Shown here: in pieces, positions 47,901 through 60,267 of the stretch
Layout: the number at the start of each line of letters is the position of its first letter
Numbering within the stretch: position 1 is the stretch's first letter
Source: Klebsormidium nitens
Lineage: Eukaryota > Plantae > Klebsormidiophyceae
Assembly: GCA_000708835.1 (NCBI GenBank)
Contig: DF237036.1
Location: 153,447-217,446 of the forward strand
Reading direction: 5' to 3'
Length of the DNA stretch: 64,000 nt
Notes under the pieces: generated by a model
The model's database searches: none
What the model was told of the DNA's origin: nothing
Seen by the model: only the letters and a program-made list of their open reading frames with translations
Made by a program: the position numbers and the translations under genes

Positions 47901-50186
47901 TTCTAGGAAGGTTCTAGCAAGGGATGTTTCTCCGATGCTCAGTCAATGGCCCATCCTTTGTGTCAACGCCTGTAGTCTCCTAGTCGTTTCAGGAACTTAA
48001 CATTGACACAATCTGGCCAGCTATTCCCCGGCTTATGATGCTTCGACACCTCTCGATAAAATAGACCCGGCAGTCGGGAGGTTTTGGGGTGTACTTATCG
48101 CACACACGCTTTGTAATTTCATCGACGATTAACTGTCAGCATTGTCACGACCTCTCTGCTTCCTGCTTCCTTCTTTGATCAGGATCGAATGGTTTCAAAA
48201 TGGCGCTGCTGTACGCTACGCAAAGATGCGAGCGAGAAAGCACTGTCGCACGTCGCTTTCTCACCTGACGCACGACTGCGTCATTATCTAGAAATATGGG
48301 GTGATAGCCTCGCGCCACAATCTCCCGGAGATAAAACCACTTCAATGTGACCTGCGCCAAGTAACAGAGATAATTGGAAGATAAAGTGATGTCAGAGATC
48401 TAGGCTTGTTCAAGATTCAGAATACCATCTGCTTGCGAGCCTTCGAGATGAAGCGCGGACTGTCTTCGGGGTTCCAGAAGGCTTCCAAAATCACTAGGCT
48501 GCCATCGACTGTGGAACCCGATCCTTGTTCAAGCATCTTTGAGAATATGCTTCTAATCTGGAAAAAGTGTGTCGAAAAGCTGCTGTAATAAAGAAGCGAT
48601 CAGTACACACAAAACGCTAAGCAAGCAGACATGCTTCTTTGCTCAGGTCCATGGTTAATGCCAGCCACAACGAAACTCTGGAGAAAAGAATTTTTTTCCC
48701 TCTGCCTACAAATTGCTGCCGAGACGCCGCTATGTGGCGCCGGCTCTTTTGTCCGACGGCCAAGGCTGTGTGCCTTGTTCCGCTCGACTATCTGCAGCTC
48801 TTCGCTTATCCTGTCTGCTACTACTAGAAACGGCTGATGAACAAAACCTCTCAGAGTGTAATCACAAGTGATCTAGAACCGTGAAGGCTGATGCACCGTT
48901 GTAACCTCTAACCAACAGTACTCTAAGCCCTAAACCACCAGACCTTCTCTTGCTCCAGCTGAGATTTCGAGCAGATTCTTTGTACCATACTTTAGAAAAT
49001 AGAAAGAGCACTCAAGGAGAGACCAAGTGCCAAACCGGAGTTGCTTTGGTTGTATGTATCCTTACCTGCCTGCCAGTATCAAACGTCTGGTTCAATTGCC
49101 ACTTCATATCATCACGCCAGCAAGGGATGCCGACCGAAAGCGTGGAGCGACACGCCTCGTCATCCACCCCCACAATGAAGTAGTTTGTGAGGTTCAGCTT
49201 TTGCAGATGGCCCACAAAGTTGCGGTTGTAATCAGCCATCTTCCAGAGCCTGGGGTCCGGACGATCAACGCCAATCGTCGTCAGAATCAACTCTTTCTCT
49301 GGATTCGCAGTGTGTCGTAGGACCCTGCAAACAAGGCAATTGGTTTCAGTAAGCGGTACATGAAACCATTGTTGTTAGTCTGATAATCTCTGTTCGGAAG
49401 GCAAACGCCCTTGCAAACTTCATCCTGGTTTGGGCCCAAGCTGTGAGATTTAGAAGAAACATGGCGATCAGAGTGGCAGTGTCTTCCTGACAACCCACAC
49501 GACGCTCAATCTGCTCAATACACCAAGCCTTATCTGCTGGATATTCTCTGCTTTGTCCTAACCTGGGTGATTAGCCCTGTCAAACCCTCCACTGCTGAAA
49601 GGGAATCTCAGACTGTCAGGAAGCAAACATCTCGCTTGGAGATGACCCCATCACAGTATTTCGTAGATCTGTCATCGACTGTTTCACAACATCTTCAGCT
49701 TCTTTCACAGAGATGAACGGCCAATTCTGCAACCCTTGGCCATTTAGACCAAAACATCACATCATAACGTCAGTCAAAGCTACATTCTAGTGGTACGTCA
49801 CAAATATAACGCAGATTTCTAAGTTGCGCTTCTTAAATCATGCTCAGTTCTCAGGTCATCAGCACCAAAAATCCTTACTGCTCCAGTGTAGTTGCATCGA
49901 TGCCCGGCCAGGATGCATTCCCGATCCTTAGCTGCTCCAGGTTGAAGAAGTCGATTATTGGCGCCTGCACTTGCTTCCCATTGCCCCCTTCCCGCCACCA
50001 GCTATTGCTTATAATTACCAACTCGTGCTCTCCTTGATTCCCCAGCGCGCCAAACACACTCTTCAGGATGAAGAGAACGAAGACCGAGAGAGCCATCAGA
50101 GAAGCCACCCGAGCAACGTGCTGAGATTTTCCTGCAAGAACAGCTCCTTGTAAAAACTGGTTGAGACTTGTCAGACCAGGTGCCAT
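44994..50186 (-). CDS. Nucleotide-diphospho-sugar transferase (PF03407, GT77-type) type II membrane protein, about 388 aa
   Basis: Exons 50186-49879 (TM SLMALSVFVLFILKSVFG), 49324-49066 (ELILTTIG..LNLTNYFIVGVDDEAC), 48351-48265 (KWFYLREIVARGYHPIFLDND; DxD), 47219-47049 (STGTMFFRATP), 46289-46027 (WEQEMF..), 45072-44994 (..KAENLWLVED*). Phases are compatible; total 1167 nt. Confidence 0.85.
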
Positions 50187-53100
50187 GATGAACACTCAAA
50201 AGACAGATCCGGCTCAGAATCAGCTCAGGTCTGCTGAGAATCGAGCTCCAAGTGACTTCTCCCGCCTTTTGTTAGAGTGCTTCCCTGGGCCTCAGCCAGA
50301 TGTGGCAGCAGCTTGCGCGCCGGTAGCGCGTGGCTTACGGACGACCAGCGCGTACCGAGTCGCGGCCGCTCGTCCGCTGGCGAGGTTTTGCACAGGGTTC
50401 GCCAGCCTTCTTAGGGGCCGCGCGGCGGGGGCGGCCGCGGCGGTCGGAACTTGCTTGCGGCCCTGGACGGTACGTACCGCTCCGCCTGAGCTCAGGCGGC
50501 TGTTTGAGGCCCTGTTCGGTGTTACGGACGGCCGCGCTTCCGAGCGGCGGCCGGAGCCTGCCCGATCACCAGTGGTCCGACGTACAGCTTGCAAAAGCCT
50601 CCTGTGCTGGACGGGCGCGCGCGCGCGCACGTGCGCAATGGTCCTCAGGCTAACGCGGCCAGCAGGTCGAACCGGGGTCGGACCGTGGGAAAGGAGACGT
50701 CGCTTGCTGATCTAGTTTGGAGACCGCACGAAAAGGCCTCAGTGCTTTTCGGAATGTGCATCTGGACATATTTGTCCGAGCGTTGTGATCCATCGTCTTC
50801 TGTTGGGCTTCACTAATCTGCTCCCATTGATTCCTTACGGTCGACAGCAGCCCCGAAGTGGCTCTGCTGGTTTGATGGTTCCGTTTGACCGTTTATCCCC
50901 TATCCCCCTAGCACTGCACTGGGTGAACAATCTTCTTCAGGCCTTCGCCTCTGTCAGAAAACGCTGTGCGAAACGGACCGCACAATCCAAAGAGGCTATA
51001 TCGGATATAATCTGTGCTCGTAGTATGGAAAAACATTGATGAGGTCATACTATATATAGCGGATTCATCTAGCGAAGATATTACGCACGTGCTGCGACGT
51101 CGAATCAGGCTCTTGTGGCAAGAAACGAAATAAACAGTCCATGCGGATTATTAACCATATCCCTCATGCATCGAAAAGCGGCTCATCGGACATCAAGCGG
51201 TGCAGGGGGGCCTGTTATATATGCCGCTCCCGCTTGTCAAGATAGGGATGACTCTTGTACGGAAACGACCCGAATGCTGCGGAGTATATTTGAAAAACGC
51301 TGCCGACGGTTGATGATGTGTAATCGATCTCATCTGAAGCGCCGCTGGACGCTGTTGTGGACGATTCTATCTGGATCGCTGCTTTGCCCTCACGGATTAC
51401 AATTTATGAGGGAATTTACGGCTTGTTTCCCCAAGGTGACCAGCTGACCGAGGGGGCCAGAGCGGGAGTTCGTCACTGGGCGGCGGTTGGTTAAAAGGAG
51501 GTGGCTTTACCGGAGGGGTCTGCTAATAGCGGCGGTTGGTCCGCCCGAGGGGGCCCGAGGGGGCAGATTTGGCGGAAGCTGGACGAAGAGGGGGTGACTC
51601 GGTTGGTGGAGGAGCATGGACCGGGGGGGTAAGAACCGGTGGGGGGCCGGAGGCGGAGGAGCACGTGCCTTAAGGAAAACTGGTTTGCGTAAGGATTTGG
51701 AGGTGGTCTTACCGTCGAGCGGATCAAACGAAGGATCAAAGAGTTACGTTGTAATGTGTTCTCAGAGCTTTGGGGTCGTCCGAAGGTGGATTGAAGCATC
51801 CTTAGCAACCACCCTTAGAGATCGACCGCGAGCCATTCAGCCTGGCAGCACCAGTCCCGTGCGTTCTCACCGGAGGCAGCTCGCGACACGTCAAGCGGGA
51901 AGGATTCTTTCCCACGTCTATTCAGAAACGCTGGAAAACACTTCAAAGGAAATGGTTACAATCGAGCGCTTCGCTGTCCTCAACTCTCAGGCTGCGTCTC
52001 ATTTCCATAATCGCGGGCCCTATCACGGCTTTGAAACGTTGATTGTGAGAGACTGGCAATTAAAGCACAAACCGATTGCATTGCTCTTCCTCTCTGAAAG
52101 CATCCGCTTTCAAGCTAGGAAATGCAGCATCTCGATGGTAAACTATCAGCCGGTACATTAAATTCCACGAACTCGCATCTATGGGCGACCAAATTCTGGG
52201 AAACGTTTTTTCATGGACGGTCGCTTGCTCCGGGTCCCCGGAAGAATATTTCTGTCGACTGTGCTCGCTATACATTACACGCCTCGCGTATACGTTTTCA
52301 TGTTGAAACGCATTGAACACCACCGAATTAGCTCACCTGCGGTCAGTCCTTTGAACGAGACGACATCCGTCCCTTTACTGACTTCATCTGTTGAGTCGTG
52401 CAAGAAGTACCTCCGACCACGGCTGACGTCGCCAAAAAGCCCGGTGTAGGCAGTCTGAGTGCCATGCACGAATTGGCACAGTGACAAAATATAGGAGTAG
52501 TTGCATGCAGCTGTAGGTATAAGAACGCTACATATACGTCACAGCCGCAGCTAGGCTAAGAAGGTCCGTCATATGGGAGCCTAGCGGTGCATGCACTGTA
52601 TGCATGCGCGCGCGCCTGATTGAAGTATGTAAGTGCGCTAGCTAATGCAAATTACGGACGGTTCATCATCGACTTCGAGTCGAAGGTGCATGCAGTGACT
52701 CACATGCCAGGGTAGGGATTGCGCGGGACGGTGTGGCCTATGTTAAGCTAACAGTGGATTAGTTGAAGATGGGCTCGCAAACACGTAACCTTGCATTACC
52801 AGATCCGTGTATCGGCATTGCATAAAATGGACACATAGAACGACTCAATGAATTGCCAAGTCGAAAACGAATATTGTATACATGCAATGAACGACCATGC
52901 CAGGCAGTGCAGCACATAGGATCGGAACCTTCAAGTGTCAGGGCTTTTGCCAGCATCTCGGACTCCAGGAATGGCAACCTAGTTGTTTGCCACTTGCGAA
53001 GCATGCACGCAAGCGCTGCTTTGATGGGGTCTCTCAACCTTGTTTGACAATTGAATTAGTACAATAGCAAATGGATCAAGTTTTCTACGATGTCTTTCGT

Positions 53101-53261
53101 CGGAGTTTCTGCATCGCCGCCTACTTCCAACCCCGGGAAGTACGTGCGACACATGTGCTGATGCATGTCAAGTAACGAAGCTAACGGAAGCTTATGAATG
53201 CCTTACTACTCTCATTTCAATATTTTCACGTGGGTGGGTGATTATTGTTTGGCGTCTGGTT

Positions 53262-56200
53262 TCAGAACTGACCCGTGTTCCATAACCAGCCCAGCGTCTT
53301 CTCGGCCTCCCTGTTGCCAAGCTCCGCAGCAAATCGGAACCTGCACAATACACGCGTTTCTAACCGAAGGGAAGCGTTCAAACCAGATTCTAGCCGTATA
53401 AACAGAGCAGTTTTCCGGAGGAAACTGCTATAATGGACTTGAGAGGGTCTCTTGATGCTCCAGTTGTGGCTGGCAAGTCGGAAGCAGGCAATCTGAGCTC
53501 CCATTCGCACGTAGGAGGCAACTTGCGGAAGCTTCGGAGCAATTTCCACAGATGAACGGCTCGATCATGCGGCAGCCAAATGGATAACGTTCAACGACGC
53601 GCTTGAAGCGACTAATAAAACTTACCATCGAACGGCTTCGGTGTTGTTAGGTGCCGCAATTCCCTCCCCGTCGAGATGCATGTACCCCAACAAGAGCTGC
53701 AAGAGGGTTCGACTATGACGAGACTGGTTCGAGATGGATATGCTCTGCGATGGCCGGTTTTACTCAGCAGAAACTACGTCCGTGAACGCGCCACGTGGCG
53801 CGTAGTGTTTCAAAAGGCGAAAGGTGACGACTTTTAGAATCTTTTGCAAGTGTCATGCCAACTGATGATAAGCTTCTGGAGATCATCTCCGTGGATGGTG
53901 ACGAAAGCTCGATGAGAAGAATTCTCTTTCCTCTTTTCCCCGAAAGCGCCTTATTCTACAAAACAACGCCTCAAAGGCAATTGAATCCAGCAGCCTCCCT
54001 GATTACCCAGCCGATCCGGGGTTTCACCGGGTGACGAACATAAGCAAACGCCTTACGTTGTACATTGAGCACTCAACCTACGGGAAGCTCAAGATTGATA
54101 TCACTGGTTGCAAGAGCAGAGTCTTCTCATGGCCATCACAGAAAGCTCACGGCGGTGTACCTGATCATGCGGAGGGCAACAAGGACACTGCTCGGCAGTC
54201 AACTGCTACACTTTCTCGCCCGCTTTCTCTACTCCCCATCCAATGAATGGCTTCAGCTTAAGAGCTAAGTTGAAACGAGAGCCTTGCAACGCCGCGACTT
54301 CCAAACCCGACCACGATTGCTTAGTCTGCTTGGTAAGCCGGCAACTGCTAGAATCTTTTACGTCAGCTTCGCGATCTGCACTATTTCTCGCAACGATCCC
54401 ACTTCTGCTCCGACCGAAAGTGAAATGAAACAAGCACGCATTCACATCGACCGGCAGTGACGGCATTAGAAGCGGAAGTATTCAAGTGCAGGCCGAATAT
54501 AGAAGCTTGTACTAAAATCAGTCCGCATGCAGATCGTGCTGCTCTGTGACACAAATCATGCCCATTCACAACTTTTCCTGCGACAGAAACGATACTCGAC
54601 TCGCCGCAATCTCAGCGGACTGATGTACCAACGCGCACATCAGCCCGCCAGTTTCTTGATCAAAATTCAATTGTTCCTGGCTGGCCAAAAAGCTTCATGC
54701 GTTGATACAACATAATGCTTTCCGGGCGACGAGTGCGGCTTCCAAAAGAAACATATGAAACCAGCCCTTAGTATCGAGGATCAAGGACTGCAGGGTTCAC
54801 CAGAGCATACAAGAAGACGGAACTTTTTCGCACTTACCCCAGCAGCCGCACTCAGGCCCGCATCCCCGTGCGCAAACTTAGCCGCCCGGTTCAGCCAGAT
54901 GAGCGCCTCTTCGCCGTCTTGCGGCCATTCGCTGTCCCCTCGGTAGTACGCCTCGCCAATACGGTACTGGCTTCCCTGCACGTACGGACGAGAAAGGATT
55001 CGAAAGCGGGAGATCAAGAGCTTGGAAGCTGCATAGGAGAATGTGGACTGTGTTCTTGGGCTGACTGATGGGTTGCTCTCACGATGCGGTGCTACGCATC
55101 CCCGATGCGGTACTGGCTTCCCTGCATGTACGGAGGAGAAGCGATTCAAGAGGGAAAGATGAAGAGCTTGGAAGCTAAATCTCTTCAGGAGCGGATGTAG
55201 GCTATTTTTCTTCCTCCCACCAATTCGGTATTGGCTACCCTTGATATGTGGAAGAGACACACTTTTAGGGGAGAGAGCTTGGAAGCTTAACAAAACGTGT
55301 GGCCTAAGGCCACATCCGCTCTGCCGTGATACCAATTTCTCACTTGAGGAGATCAAGGATCACGAGGCAGCCGCTTTCTCAGGGTCACAGCCAGCTGTTC
55401 TTCCAATCTGACTTAGTAGAAAATGAAACGGCTTGCTTGTCCTGATAAGAACAAAACGTTTCAATGGTATCAGATGCGAGCCAACCAAGTGTGTTCCTTA
55501 CACGAGACAGGATTGCATCTGAGACCAATGAAGCGAGAGACAGCAGGCCGTTTCATTTTCACCTCCAACGCAATTCACAACAATGCTAGGCTGTTTGGCC
55601 TCGATATTGCTGAGGAGAACGAAACATTGTTCTGCTATAGTATTGATTTAAAACAGCCTCTTGCGTTCGACAAAAAAGACTGGATTGCATCAAGGACCAC
55701 TTAACACCCCGCTCTGCCACCCAGAATGACGCCAATGAGCACCAACCGCATGGTTGATAGTCCTGACGACGGAACGGAAAAAGAACCTTCAGAACCAAAG
55801 CAGATTATCTTGCTTTCATCAATTCGCGAGCTGTGTGTAGATCCTTTCGCTGCCGTTCTTCCACTTTTTCGGTTGGGCTACAGTCGTTACGTCACTTAAG
55901 CAAGAAATGCCATAAAACCAAGGCAAAATTGAGCCCAACCCTGACCCCCTGATTCGGCCGCCTTTTTCCAATCACTAGGGCGCCTTCGGGCTGCCCGATA
56001 ATGAACCTTGCCCCAGATCAGAGCATTGCGCAGCTTTCGACAGGCTCAGGATCACGAGAGGCCAAGCCTGTAGTAAAAAACCTTATCTGCAGTTCGCTTT
56101 TCCCGGTCGCCGCCTCTCCCGCTGGAGCGTTTTGGGGCGCCCAGGCGTGAACTCACGAATCTCTTTCTGACTGCCTTTTTCCACCAGTCGAGAGCCTCAT

Positions 56201-59200
56201 AGTACCAACGGAAGCAGGCAAGAAAGCTCACCAGACATGACACAAAAGACGAACATAATATCCAGCCCGTTTTACCTGGTCGCCCTTTCTGGCCGCCTTT
56301 TTCCACCAGTCGAGCGCCTTCGGCCGCTGGCCCTGCCGCTCCATCTCCTCTGCAACTAGCACCATAGCCGGGACGTTCCCCGCTTCCGCCGCCCGTATGA
56401 GCACAAACGGAAGCGGGTGAGTCCCGCAGAGGAATTTGGTGCGGCGCGGGGCCGGGGGGGCGATTGCCGGCTGGAACATGCGCCGCCGGATGACGAGGGA
56501 CTTGAGAAGGGGCTGAAAATGGAGGGAAGAAAGGTCTCGGGTTGATATTGCTCAACAAGTGGCATGTTTGATTCACTGGTTACTGTTGGCTTTTTGCTCC
56601 CAAGATTAAGGACTGATTTTGCCGAATGTTGCTGGTGTTTGGGGGCATATTGCCGGTATGAAATATGCGCCGCCGGACGACGAGGGGGTTGAGTAGGGGC
56701 TGAAAAAACAAGGAATAGCTGTTAAACTTCGATGCACGACCAAGGGCATGATTTATTATCTTTTCGGTTTCGTTTTGTGGGGGGCCAATCGCTGGTTGGA
56801 ACATGCGTCTCAGGATGATGCCAGACTTGAGGATGGGCTGAGAACAGAAAGAAGAGTACGCTGTCAGAAGTCGCTCAATTTCAAATTTATTACAGCTATT
56901 GTGTCCTGAAGGGGCGATCGCCGGCTGAAAAACTCTAAAAACTCTGAAAAACTCTAAAACGCAAAAAATTATCATGCTTTCGTCACTGGTCTCCTTTGAT
57001 ATCATGTCTGAGCGTCTCCTGTTATTGCTGTTTTGATGGGGTGATCATTGGCTGGAATGTGCGCCGCCGGATAACAAGTGACTTGAGCAGGGGCTGAGAA
57101 CACAGAAGGGAAAGCTGCCAGTTTTTGTCCTCTTTTCGCAGCTTCCGTGATATCGTGACGTTTTCTCATGTTTCCTCTTCTGTTCTGTGGGCGCGACTTT
57201 CATTTTCCGGTAGAATATGCACCAGGGGATGTCGAAGAACTCGAGCAGGGGCTGAAGACCCAAGAAGAGAAGCTGCCATGCTTCCGTTGCTAATGAATCT
57301 TCCACCTCAAATAGAGAGTATCCCAGGTCTTTGAAAACGTTCCCAAGAAATCTGTGAATTCCATAAACGACAAAGAGGGTGAAGCTGATCTTGAAGGTTC
57401 CTGCTCGTACTGACATTCCGATCGCTTCATTCGGCTCTGCTATTCTAATGGCTAGTAGTGACGGCCACCTCGAAGCCAGTGCGTACATTCAGATGAAAGA
57501 ACGGCAAAGAAAGCAATCAGCAATACTTCAGTGCCCCCAGCAGAACCAACCAAAGCCACCAACCGACTCAGGGGCTTCTAGGTGCCAAGCGCCACCCTCT
57601 CAAATAATGAAGCGGTATGTTGAAACCTTACTCACTCGAACTCGATTTGCACAAGGCGTTTTTTGAAGGGGCGCGTCAGGACTGGGAACTGCAGGGCTTA
57701 CCTCATCCTCAGCAATGCTCATCCTCCACAGCTTGCAGACCGCTGACGCCGTGCTCAGGTCCGAGAAGCCCAGGAACGAGAACACCATTTGCAACTCGCC
57801 TATCGAGAGGGAGTCCATTGACCGGCCCTGAGAGAATGCTCTTCCCTCATTCTCAACTCCAACTTCGCAACTCGGCTTCGCAACCCCGCTGCTAATCTCG
57901 CAGCGTGAATTGTGTGCAGGTGACAAATGCTCTATGTCGCTGCGAGCCTGGTGCAAATGCTCAGTGCTGGTGTGGATTGCGCTGGCACCTTCTGAATGGT
58001 GTGAATAGGTGCTGTCAGGATGGTGTGAATGGGCCCCTGCTGAGCGGCAGATACTGGAGGGTGCCACTGACAGGTGCGAGCAATGGTCTGAGTCATTTGA
58101 CTCGATGCTATGTACAGTTTCAGTTGACAGATTGAGAGACACCCGTGCAACTCCGCTGCTGTTGCTGGGTGCACTCAGAACCGACCCCACCTCGACCAAA
58201 GAATCCAACTCGCAAGCGCTTGCTGTGCCATGAACCAGAGAATCTCGAGCCTGCCGCTGCTGAAGCTCGACTGAAGCGTCCCGCTCACACTGGCTGCCCC
58301 TAAGCCTCTTCCCTGGATGTGAATGCGCTTTGCTACCTGGGGTTTCCTCACAACTGCTCTCCAAAACGGGGGTGGATCCAGAGTGCTCAGACAGCCCCCT
58401 CTTGTGCGAACACTCGACATGTTCGCAGGTATCGCTCTCTGGCAACTCCTCCCGGTTGCCCGTTGCCCTTTTGTGCACACAACTACCGGCAAGGCTGGCT
58501 GTTTCTGGCGGGGGGGTCGTTTTACCCCCTGCTGAAGACCCCGGTAAGAAGCGAGCAAGCTGCAGGGGGCCGTACTCAGCGCTCTCTACGAGAACGGCGT
58601 CTCCAGAAATGCCGGACACACCTGTTGCGCGGACGGCCCGCTCATTAATCTGCGGCCAGGGGCGGTTGTTATCAGAAGCTTGTTAGTTTTTTCCTCAGTT
58701 GGCTCGAGAATATGTTGACGTGGCAGTAACACTGCCTCTGAGAAGACCTCATGGAACGAAAGCACGCGCTCCTTCTAAGGCCTGGACATTTGAAAGGAAG
58801 CCCCACACACTTTGTCGGACAAACTCCAGTGCTGATCAGAGAATTAAGGTCTTTGAAGGAAGATGAGACTAATATGAATGCAGATATGAAGCCAGCAATA
58901 AGCTCTAAAGGAGGACTCTGCATGCAGACTGTCAACTCAAGATCTTACGTCATGAAACCAGCATTACAACCTCTCAGATCTGAAATAAGGACCACCCCTT
59001 TCTCTTCGTCAGGCAGATCAGCATTGCAGCAAAAACATTGCTTCGAATCGTCAAGGCAGTCTGTTAACTTGCAAGTATTCAAACAGAACGACTCAAAGAG
59101 AAGAGTTCTGAAGATGGGTCAATGGTTGACATATTACACATCTCTTCTCTATACATTTTTATTCGATTAAATAGATGGTTCTTGATCTCTTTGATCAGTA

Positions 59201-59674
59201 ATTGAACAGAGAGCTAAACGGACTTACGGGTGAGAGTGTGTGCGCAATCCAATAAACGGTGCCCCCATTCCTCGCCGGAGTGCAATACAGGGGCGCACTA
59301 ATTGAAGAGCACAACACAGCTCTCATTCTCTCAGTGACTGAAGCTCCCAAACTAGGCGCGGGAACCTGGAAGCACGCCTCCTCCAGCCCCGCTGGAATGA
59401 TGGTCAGAAACGCCTTGTCGGCTGCAGAGATCTGAGGCCCTAAAGTGACATCAGTGGTTTGCCGGCGGCCATTGAGGGTACCAGGTGGTGAAGCTGATGA
59501 GCTTGCATGGATTGGAGAGTCGGAGTCTGAAGCTGAGCAGTCTTCGTCCTCCCGAGAAGGCACATTAGAAAGAACCGCCCTCGGATAGATCTCCGGTGGT
59601 GGCGGCTGGGTTGAGTGGAAGCGATGACGGGGAAGCGAAACATGACAAGCACAGCCGCCATGGGCGTGAGCCAT
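53262..59674 (-). CDS. F-box protein with C-terminal SEL1-like repeats and a long low-complexity N-terminus, about 639 aa
   Basis: Exons 59674-59228, 58649-57702 (F-box LSIGELQMVFSFLGFSDLSTASAVCKLWR), 56512-56276 (RAAEAGNVPAM..ALDWWKKAARKGD), 54975-54838 (SQYRIGEAYYRG..ALIWLNRAA), 53696-53626 (LLGYMHLDGEG..EAVRW), 53340-53262 (FRFAAELGNREAEKTLG..*). Total 1920 nt. The link to exon 1 is the least certain part. Confidence 0.82.
56630..57270 (-). repeat. Four or more copies of the F-box/SEL1 exon-3 acceptor junction
   Basis: 'tt(t/c)tcag|CCCC..CTC(A/G)AG..CGGCGGCGCAT' variants start at ~56699, ~56837, ~57092 and ~57252; the real junction is at 56512. Confidence 0.82.
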
Positions 59675-59870
59675 GCTCTCTTTAATCTGTGCGCAGCGGA
59701 ACCATTCTGACGGACCTGAGCAGTGAGAGATACCGCGTATACGGTATATAGTTAAATACTGAGCTAGCTTACAAGGGAGAGAGCTAGCAAGGGAGAGAGC
59801 TAGAGAGCGTCAGAGTCTATCTTCTGCGCGAACGCGCGCGTAAAAGTGGACCGTTCCGGCGAGTCCGTCT

Positions 59871-59918
59871 CCGGTTCCGGTTCCGGTTCTGGTTCCGGTT
59901 CCGGTTCCGGTTCCGGTT
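59871..59918. repeat. (CCGGTT)n microsatellite in the divergent promoter region
   Basis: About 8 units, one with a C>T change, between the F-box/SEL1 ATG (59674, -) and the LRR gene ATG (60268, +). Confidence 0.9.
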
Positions 59919-60267
59919 TTAGTGGTTGTCAGGTTTGAGAGTCGAGACTCCGAGTGTCTGTGAGGCTGCCAACTGGCGATCCATCGTACAGCCTCGGGGG
60001 AAAAACAAACTTTCCGCGGATCGCTTTTGTACCTGGTACGTACCTTACTTATACCGTGTCGATTCTCGAAGTAGGTACCGGTACAGTCCTTTTTTGAACT
60101 TGAAGAGAGGGAGTTCTCAAATCATGGGTACGGTACATGATGATTCATTTGCCATGGCCCAAGTTCAAGTGAGGCTCGAGCCAATGGCCGCCAATGGTCC
60201 ATTCAGTGTTGTTTGCTGCGCAGACAACTCAGCTGCTGCAGAAAGCGGAATTTAGCTGCTCAAGGAA

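Noticed and set aside
49287-49493. Extra GT77 exon (LGPNQDEVCKG..)
   Set aside because: It ends in a stop and would need a 35-nt intron. Exon 1 splices in phase directly to 49324 and restores the expected ELILTT segment.
50161-50715. Several overlapping GC-rich ORFs
   Set aside because: Expected by chance in a GC-rich stretch upstream of the GT77 gene; no domain.
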